The notes below the pieces were generated by a model. That model saw nothing but the letters and a program-made list of their open reading frames with translations. It did not search any database and was not told the DNA's origin. From Prochlorococcus sp. MIT 0801 (GTDB taxonomy: Bacteria > Cyanobacteriota > Cyanobacteriia > PCC-6307 > Cyanobiaceae), in assembly GCF_000757865.1 (NCBI RefSeq), contig NZ_CP007754.1:60001-92000 (forward strand): a DNA stretch of 32,000 nt, written 5' to 3'. Below are positions 10,601 through 16,390 of this stretch, in pieces. Position 1 is the stretch's first letter. Every line of letters begins with the position of its first letter. Made by a program: the position numbers and the translations under genes.

Positions 10601-11419
10601 TTATCTAGTTACTTTCAATATTTTTGAATATTGATCTGCATAGGCACAGTTTCTGCAACTTGGATGTGATTCAGGAATTTCATGCTGGTTTATAAGGACA
10701 AGCATTTGCTCAATCTTGTCTTCGATCCATTCCTTATTCCAGTTGTAAGGAATTAAATATTCATCAAAATGCATCGTTGCATGAAATCCATTTTCATCTG
10801 TTTTGGCATTGCAAACTAAAAAATAAGATGTTGGATCAACATCAAATCCCATTCCTGATAGCAGATAAGCGTAGAAGTCCATTTGGATTTTGTATCCGTC
10901 ATGAAATGCATCATCTAAATAATCTTGCTTAGTGACGACTCCATTCTTTGCTTGAGATTTATAGTCAACTACAATCAATTTTTTTGTTTTCGTATCTTGC
11001 CATATATCGTCTATACCTCCCGATAAAATAATATTTGTGTTTTTGTAGCGAAGTCTCAATCCATGATGTAATGCATCTCTCCAGTTATCCATTTCAGGAT
11101 GATCAAAAGGAACCAAATGTCCTAAACCATTTTCTTTGAATAATCGGTGAGGTTTTTTATTCTTTCTGCTCTCATCAAATTCTTTTTTGAGTAAATTGTC
11201 TACTGTTGAATTTAATGTCCATCCAGGAGTTTTTGGCGTTTCTAAACCCGAAACCCGATCGAGATAAAAACATCTTAGACACGTAAGAAAATCGGAGAAT
11301 TTACTTCTACTCATTTGAAAATCACTACTCTGCCTTGGAGAGTAAATTGATTTTTTTTTAACTCGTTTTCCAGTCGCTTTTGCGAATCCTTTTTTGGGAT
11401 GTCTTTTTAAATCAATCAT
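10601..11419 (-). CDS. PD-(D/E)XK nuclease family protein (Cas4/RecB-like fold, four Cys)
   Basis: SRSKFSDFLTCLRCFYL (N-terminal CxxC), GGIDDIW...LIVVDYKS (D...D/ExK), QMDFYAYLL (QxxxY) and a C-terminal CRNCAY. It lies 13 bp upstream of the zinc-ribbon gene on the same strand. Confidence 0.72.
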   Translation of the reverse strand: MIDLKRHPKKGFAKATGKRVKKKSIYSPRQSSDFQMSRSKFSDFLTCLRCFYLDRVSGLETPKTPGWTLNSTVDNLLKKEFDESRKNKKPHRLFKENGLGHLVPFDHPEMDNWRDALHHGLRLRYKNTNIILSGGIDDIWQDTKTKKLIVVDYKSQAKNGVVTKQDYLDDAFHDGYKIQMDFYAYLLSGMGFDVDPTSYFLVCNAKTDENGFHATMHFDEYLIPYNWNKEWIEDKIEQMLVLINQHEIPESHPSCRNCAYADQYSKILKVTR

Positions 11420-11488
11420 GATCTTTAAGGTTTTTACGAAAAAAATTAATAATGAGAATGGTGATAACTGTTCAAAATCAAATCAAGT

Positions 11489-11722
11489 TCAATATTCATT
11501 TATCCAGCATTCGCCGTTTTTCCACTTTCTATGTTGCGTACGGATTTCTTCAATATCTTTTTCGGGTAATTTGCTCTCCATAAGATCAATTAGATTCGTA
11601 ATTATTGACCACGCTTCATAGAGTTCTTCTTTCTTGTCCTCAAGTTGAGATATCAGTACAATCTTGGATGTTTTGATTTTGGAAGACATTGCTAAAACTA
11701 CGTTGTGAAGAGACCATATCAA
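11489..11722 (-). CDS. Hypothetical small protein
   Basis: Open frame only, with a TTG start at 11722 or an ATG at 11689. It is the first gene of the minus-strand unit in slot 1. Confidence 0.35.
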   Translation of the reverse strand: MIWSLHNVVLAMSSKIKTSKIVLISQLEDKKEELYEAWSIITNLIDLMESKLPEKDIEEIRTQHRKWKNGECWINEY

Positions 11723-11790
11723 GGATATATGAGATTGGAATCAACTCTTAAATATTTTTTAATATTCGTAAGTTCTTCGTGAAAGTTATA

Positions 11791-11840
11791 TCTTGCAGGG
11801 TGTAAGACGTGTCTTGCATTGGTGTACGATATGTCTTGCA
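11791..11840. promoter_or_regulatory. Three direct TCTTGCA repeats, 21-22 bp apart (iteron, operator or arm-site candidates)
   Basis: ATATCTTGCA at 11788, GTGTCTTGCA at 11809 and ATGTCTTGCA at 11831. They lie 70-120 bp upstream of the 11722 gene start. Confidence 0.4.
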
Positions 11841-11997
11841 AAGTGATAGATATAGTAAACAAAATATTAAAGTAAATTTATATTTTAGGAAACATAATTA
11901 CCTGAACTATTTAATTGATCTATCATAGTTATGCCATTTAAAAGTTAATCAAATAAATGATCTATATTATGCTTTATTTATTATTTACATGCGCCAT

Positions 11998-12082
11998 AAA
12001 TAAAACACTAATAAAACGGTGATGGGGTTATGACTAGGTTTCGGGCGGTTTTAACAGAAATAAAACACTAATAAAACAGTAA
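11998..12082 (+). repeat. B-repeat copies 2 and 3 in tandem
   Basis: AAATAAAACACTAATAAAACGGTGA at 11998 is followed by TTATGACTAGGTTTCGG. AAATAAAACACTAATAAAACAGTAA at 12058 is followed by CTATGACTAAT. Confidence 0.75.
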
Positions 12083-12133
12083 TGACTTTCTTGAGATTGA
12101 CTGCTATGACTAATATTTTGTAGTTATATTTGT

Positions 12134-12157
12134 ATCAATGCCGATTATACGACTTAA
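12134..12157 (+). repeat. R1: argJ-terminus copy (att-like)
   Basis: ATCAATGCCGATTATACGACTTAA matches R0 at 21 of 24 positions. It shares about 90 nt of downstream flank with R2. Confidence 0.75.
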
Positions 12158-12325
12158 CCTAAGATCTATTCCACTGGAATGGATTTGAGAGATTGCTTTT
12201 TCAAATATACCGCTTTTATACCACTTGAAAATATATCAAGGATTTAATTTCTACCTTTCTAATGGTGTAAGTCACTCTATTTAACTATTTTAATTTCCAC
12301 TTTGACCAAAGTGTGATTAAAGTAA

Positions 12326-12658
12326 TTAGTTTGCTCCTATTACTTTAATTTGATTACCAGCATCACTTAATTTCATCAACTCGTTTTCATACTCATCAGT
12401 AAACGTTTCGACTCTTCTTGCGTAAACAGCATCTGCATTTAAGTCTTCGATCATTTCATAACCAAAGAATTCCAATAATTCCTCTTGATTCTTGAAACAT
12501 CTATCACTCCACTCATAATTCTTGTTCCCCTTCGCATTTTCATACTCATAGCACTCATAAAAATAATCAGTTCTATACCGCTCTACTAATGCAAACTCTT
12601 TTTGCTCTTCCATTGGGAGTTTGTCGTAAATGCTCCAACCAATTATCAAGACTGGCAT
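12326..12658 (-). CDS. Cassette A gene 4, hypothetical 110-aa acidic protein
   Basis: A paralogue lies at 23947..24279. Its start overlaps the upstream gene by 13 nt. Confidence 0.6.
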   Translation of the reverse strand: MPVLIIGWSIYDKLPMEEQKEFALVERYRTDYFYECYEYENAKGNKNYEWSDRCFKNQEELLEFFGYEMIEDLNADAVYARRVETFTDEYENELMKLSDAGNQIKVIGAN

Positions 12659-12882
12659 GTGTTTACATCCTCAACTTTTTTATTCCACCCCTGAAAACTT
12701 GAATTGGAATCGGGTGCTGGTTGTTCTCGAATGCCTTTTAACTTTTTCCATCTGATGTAGAGAGCGCCAAGCAACCAACTTTTAATTAATGACTTTGTAC
12801 CATTATTTAATTGGTTCTCTTGTTTCTTATTGAACTTTTCTGAATCAAGAAGTTCTTGTTTCCAATCTATTTCTTCAGTCAT
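12646..12882 (-). CDS. Cassette A gene 3, hypothetical 78-aa protein
   Basis: Paralogues lie at 24267..24506 and 30230..30433. It overlaps both neighbouring genes. Confidence 0.55.
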   Translation of the reverse strand: MTEEIDWKQELLDSEKFNKKQENQLNNGTKSLIKSWLLGALYIRWKKLKGIREQPAPDSNSSFQGWNKKVEDVNTCQS

Positions 12883-13057
12883 TGACTTTTGCTCTCAACT
12901 TGTAGAAGGTTTCTTCACATCGACAAGAAATACCTTTGTATTCATCTGGGAAAGATTTCATCCAAGTAGGAATACTCATCGTCACGGGATAACCACCTTT
13001 AATGTGAAAGACAACCTCTTTCTTTTTTGCGTCTATGAAATGCGGAGGAAGACTCAT
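12875..13057 (-). CDS. Cassette A gene 2, hypothetical 60-aa protein (CRCEETFYKLRAKVND tail)
   Basis: Paralogues lie at 24499..24678 and 30058..30237. By hand count, 9 of about 20 substituted codons between copies A and A' are synonymous in this frame, against 3 in the antisense frame. Confidence 0.55.
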   Translation of the reverse strand: MSLPPHFIDAKKKEVVFHIKGGYPVTMSIPTWMKSFPDEYKGISCRCEETFYKLRAKVND

Positions 13058-13069
13058 GTTGCTATCTAT

Positions 13070-13213
13070 TTATTTCATTAATACCTTTCTATTAACTACT
13101 CTACAAAAGGGATTTCTTGATTTTGCGACCTTATCCGCATCCTCAAATTTGTCTACATGTACTATTTCTTTGATGACCATTCCTCCAACGAAACAAGAAA
13201 CTTCAACTTTCAT
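13070..13213 (-). CDS. Cassette A gene 1, hypothetical 47-aa protein
   Basis: MKVEVSCFVGGMVIKEIVHVDKFEDADKVAKSRNPFCRVVNRKVLMK, preceded by GGAGGAGG. The 3' part is conserved in frame in the inverted copy at 29983-30046. Confidence 0.35.
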   Translation of the reverse strand: MKVEVSCFVGGMVIKEIVHVDKFEDADKVAKSRNPFCRVVNRKVLMK

Positions 13214-13365
13214 TGTTGACCTCCTCCCAGTCGGGAATTAAGAGTTCATCTTTAATTGATACGTCTATGAAAACCCACTCTCTTACTTCAAGCAACAGAT
13301 ATAGTTTCTTTTTTTCAGATTCGCTTTTCTTTATTTCTAATTACTGAATTAGGTTTGTAATACGT

Positions 13366-13389
13366 ATCAACGCCGACTATACACGATAA
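13366..13389 (+). repeat. R2: argJ-terminus copy (att-like)
   Basis: ATCAACGCCGACTATACACGATAA matches R0 at 20 of 24 positions. Confidence 0.7.
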
Positions 13390-13471
13390 CCTAAAATCCA
13401 TTGTACTGGAAGAGATCTTGAGGTCTAGTTTTTCTAAACTACCACTTGAAAATATATCAAGGAATTAATCT

Positions 13472-13915
13472 TTACCATTTCTTGTAGGGTAAAAACTTTC
13501 CACACATTGAAACCTTCACTCTGTCACCTTTCGGATCTTCGACTTTATCTACATTGATTGTAAAATCTATTGCACTCATTATCCCATCACCAAACTTTTC
13601 TTGAATAACGTCTTTCATTGGCATGCCATAAACTTGCATGATTTCATAAAAACGATATATCAATGGATCAGTGGGAATTACTGGATCTAGTGATCCTTTT
13701 ACTGGTGGAGTTGTCAATATCTCTTTAAGTTCCGTACCAAGTCCTAAAGTAGTTAATAATTTATCAGCCTCTTCATCACTGGCAGTTGATTGTCCATAAA
13801 GAAGACTAGCAACCCAGACTTCATCTAGTCCTAATAGAATTCCAATATCTGCAAAGGTTAATCTTTTTTCTTTTTTTGCTTTTAATAATAATTGAGTTGA
13901 TTCAGGAAATGACAT
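13472..13915 (-). CDS. cynS: Cyanase (cyanate hydratase)
   Basis: 147 aa. An N-terminal HTH-like region ([28 protein letters not shown]) is followed by a cyanase C-terminal domain ([12 protein letters not shown]...SAIDF...GDRVKV...GKFLPY). Confidence 0.9.
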   Translation of the reverse strand: MSFPESTQLLLKAKKEKRLTFADIGILLGLDEVWVASLLYGQSTASDEEADKLLTTLGLGTELKEILTTPPVKGSLDPVIPTDPLIYRFYEIMQVYGMPMKDVIQEKFGDGIMSAIDFTINVDKVEDPKGDRVKVSMCGKFLPYKKW

Positions 13916-14140
13916 AGAAACAAATTTAACAACGTAAAGAAAGGTATATCTAACGAGAGATATTCATTAGATAGGTAATTAACTAATACGATTAAATCTT
14001 GATTGTTTCAGTTAGAATAGTTACAAAATTGCATGATTAATAATGTATGCAAATTAACAATAAAAATTGTATTTTTGTGCGATCGAGTTCATTTATTTTT
14101 ATGGCTAAAATTTTAAATCTTAGTAGACTTCTAAAAATTT

Positions 14141-14296
14141 TTATAATAAATCATATTTTGAATCCTCCTTTATCTCTCTCCAAAGGTCTCCTAATGATTG
14201 ATTGAAACCATTTAATCGGAGGAAACTTCTAGATTGATTAACTCTATCTTGAATAAGTTTTTCCTGCGGACTCATTTCACTAGAGGAATCAGACAT
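14141..14296 (-). CDS. Hypothetical 51-aa ORF
   Basis: MSDSSSEMSPQEKLIQDRVNQSRSFLRLNGFNQSLGDLWREIKEDSKYDLL. It is below the ORF-track cutoff and supported by the open frame only. Confidence 0.25.
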   Translation of the reverse strand: MSDSSSEMSPQEKLIQDRVNQSRSFLRLNGFNQSLGDLWREIKEDSKYDLL

Positions 14297-14651
14297 TTTT
14301 TAAGCCTAATAATTAATAATATTAATAATGAATTTTCTTGAATATCATGACAAGTGATAGTCGCTACAATATAAGCACTTCTAATAGTTAATCATCATTT
14401 TCATTTCTTTAATATATTGGTGAAAATTATCTATATAAAATTGATATCTACCCTTTTGTACCGAAATTTATTTAAAGTAAATTAAAATAAGTAAAATTTT
14501 ATATTTATATTATCTACATGAGTTAGTTATATACTACTAAAATACCGGTAAGTCTTCTATGAATGGGTTTTCGGGTGAAAAACTGCAAATATACCACTAA
14601 CTTAATCCTTGCAATCAATTGCTGTCACTGGGTTTTGATTCTTATGTACGT

Positions 14652-14675
14652 ATTAATGCCGATTACACGACTTAG
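14652..14675 (+). repeat. R3: argJ-terminus copy (att-like)
   Basis: ATTAATGCCGATTACACGACTTAG matches R0 at 18 of 24 positions. It shares its downstream flank with R4. Confidence 0.65.
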
Positions 14676-14945
14676 CTCGTAAATGTAGTCATATGAATTG
14701 ATTGTAATTGTAAATATTTTTTTGGTCACACTTTGGTCACAGTTGATTTAAACGTATCTTTTCAGAAATGATTTAAGTATTCTCAAGATTTATTGTAAGA
14801 CTCTTAGAGAACTTGCTTAGACAGTAAACAACAAGGAGCAATAAAAAACGAATTTGACAGCTCAGATATAAGGAAGTTTAGAAACTTTTAAAATGATTTT
14901 AATAGCTCTAAATAATGCATAGAATCTTTAATTAACTGAAAATAA

Positions 14946-15013
14946 AAATGATTATCATATACATAATTAATAACCAAGTACCCTAATTATGAAATTTAAA
15001 AATGATTATCATT
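14946..15013. promoter_or_regulatory. Two Fur-family (Fur/Zur)-like boxes
   Basis: The palindrome ATGATTATCAT occurs at 14948-14958 and 15002-15012, inside direct repeats of about 30 nt. The second copy, AATGATTATCATT, equals the central 13 nt of the classical Fur box apart from the symmetric centre base. Confidence 0.45.
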
Positions 15014-15108
15014 GTAATTATCTATGGACATAGAAGTTTATATCCCCTTGTTATAATAGACTTTTAACTCTTCTTATATTATAGTTAGAGATGTAAACAA
15101 AAGTTACT

Positions 15109-15255
15109 ATGATTAAAAATTTCTTTAAGTATAGAGTTTTAAGCTATGCAATTATTTCCAATGGAAATGAAGAAGAATTATGTCCAGGATGTGGCTGTGT
15201 TTGTCCCTGTGAATGTTCAGAATGCGACGTTTGTTCACCTTGTAAAGATCATTAA
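15109..15255 (+). CDS. Cys-rich 48-aa ORF (metallothionein-like or RiPP-precursor-like)
   Basis: MIKNFFKYRVLSYAIISNGNEEELCPGCGCVCPCECSECDVCSPCKDH has 9 Cys in the last 24 residues. It is below the ORF-track cutoff. A TATAAT lies at 15052. Confidence 0.45.
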   Translation: MIKNFFKYRVLSYAIISNGNEEELCPGCGCVCPCECSECDVCSPCKDH

Positions 15256-15256
15256 T

Positions 15257-15279
15257 CTTAATGCGATTACACAACGTAA
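15257..15279 (+). repeat. R4: argJ-terminus copy (att-like, 1-nt deletion)
   Basis: CTTAATGC-GATTACACAACGTAA matches R0 at 19 of 24 positions. It starts immediately after the stop of the Cys-rich ORF. Confidence 0.6.
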
Positions 15280-15389
15280 CTCCTGATCTATGTTATGCCA
15301 ATTGATTGTAGGGATTAATTTTTTGGTCATACTTTATTCACCTTTGATTTAAATCTATTTTTTTAGACTCTCTGCTCAAAGAACAATTA

Positions 15390-15525
15390 GTGAAGTTATT
15401 ACTGAGGTTCCAAGGGGAAACAGCCATTGGAGGTAACGGGGAAAAGCGGTGAAAATCCGCTACTGTCCCGCAGCTGTGAAGTATCGATATTCATCGATAT
15501 CAGTCAGAACGCCCGCCTTATTTCA
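15390..15525 (+). promoter_or_regulatory. Cobalamin (B12) riboswitch
   Basis: GGTTCCAAGGGGAAAC...GGTGAAAATCCGCTACTGTCCCGCAGCTGTGAAG...CAGTCAGAACGCCCGCC matches the conserved core and B12-box region as I remember them. It lies directly upstream of hupE. Confidence 0.8.
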
Positions 15526-15546
15526 CAATTCGACGAGGATCGATCT

Positions 15547-16179
15547 ATGACGTTTCCCTATTTTGGGCGTAAGCAATTTCTTGCAGCTTTTCTTCCACTC
15601 TTGTTTTGGTTGACTTTTTTAGTTGCTCCAGTGTTCGCTCATCACCCTTTTGGTATGGGAGATAGTGCTGGGCTGTCAGCCTGGCAAGCTCTGCTTAGTG
15701 GCATCGGGCACCCATTACTTGGACCTGATCATTTGCTTTTTATGTTAGGCATCGCCCTTCTTGGGATCAAAAAAACGAAGCAATGGGTGTTCCCTCTTTT
15801 AGTGGTTGGCTTGTTAGGTAGTGCATTAGTGCAGTTGCAGCCATTGCCTGATGTAATGTCTGCCTGGGCAGAAGCAGTTGTGTCTTTATCTTTAGCCATA
15901 GAGGGGTTAATTGTTCTAAATCTTTTGAGCTCAAAATGGCTATTGCCAATGTTCGCTTTACATGGCTATTTACTTGGAAGCACAATTGTTGGTGCTGAAC
16001 CGACTCCTCTCATAGGTTATTTTTTTGGTCTTCTTCTTGCACAAGGATCATTACTTTTAGTTGTAACAGCAACATCTCAAAAAGTGATCAAAAAGTTTGA
16101 TATTAATAGCCGTAATTTGGTGGCTGGTATTTGGATAGGTATAGGACTTGCCTTCTCTTGGGTTGCTATTATTCCATAG
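15547..16179 (+). CDS. hupE: HupE/UreJ-family metal (Co/Ni) transporter
   Basis: Signal-like N-terminus, then AHHPFGMG and GHPLLGPDHLLFMLG, with several TM helices. The tracked ORF start at 15427 runs through the riboswitch, so I prefer the ATG at 15547. Confidence 0.82.
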   Translation: MTFPYFGRKQFLAAFLPLLFWLTFLVAPVFAHHPFGMGDSAGLSAWQALLSGIGHPLLGPDHLLFMLGIALLGIKKTKQWVFPLLVVGLLGSALVQLQPLPDVMSAWAEAVVSLSLAIEGLIVLNLLSSKWLLPMFALHGYLLGSTIVGAEPTPLIGYFFGLLLAQGSLLLVVTATSQKVIKKFDINSRNLVAGIWIGIGLAFSWVAIIP

Positions 16180-16195
16180 CATCTATTAGATAAGA

Positions 16196-16387
16196 TTAGT
16201 TTTGTTTCTTCTTCAGCTGCTCTTCTAAAAGCTTTTGTTCTCTTTCTTGCTTCGGTGGCAATGGTATCTCGATATCGCATAGATCTAATTCGAAAACTCC
16301 TCCTGTACTAAAGTGATTGGTATCTGATTGTGATGGCTTAGGTAAGAGAAGTGCAGTGGTAAGAGCTACTATTACGAAGTTATTCAT
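16196..16387 (-). CDS. Small ORF family member 3 (signal-like N-terminus, core GGVFELDL.D.EIPL..KQEREQKLLEEQLKKK)
   Basis: 63 aa. Paralogous sequence lies at 20646..20850 and 22640..22864. Confidence 0.5.
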   Translation of the reverse strand: MNNFVIVALTTALLLPKPSQSDTNHFSTGGVFELDLCDIEIPLPPKQEREQKLLEEQLKKKQN

Positions 16388-16390
16388 TAG

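Noticed and set aside
12830-13081. Plus-strand ORFs 12830..13081, 24454..24702 and the minus-strand ORF 29995..30282. These are 82-95-aa frames antisense to the tiny-ORF cassette, and they stay open in all three copies.
   Set aside because: They are exactly codon-opposed to the cassette genes. Between copies A and A', about 9 of 20 changed codons are synonymous in the cassette frame against 3 in this frame (hand count). The cassette frame also shows coupled overlapping starts and stops. These ORFs are most likely shadow frames, although dual coding cannot be strictly excluded.
11394-13241. ORFs 11394..11621 and 13035..13241.
   Set aside because: Both are antisense to better-supported minus-strand ORFs, have low-complexity composition, and their frames are not conserved between repeat copies.
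13934-13947. GTA-N8-TAT, a possible NtcA site upstream of cynS.
   Set aside because: It is only about 25 nt from the start codon, so a TSS about 41 nt downstream of the site centre would fall inside the CDS. The second half-site is TAT rather than TAC.
15427-15546. The 5' extension of the hupE ORF (MEVTGKSGENPLLSRSCEV...).
   Set aside because: It coincides with the cobalamin riboswitch core, so the open frame there is fortuitous.
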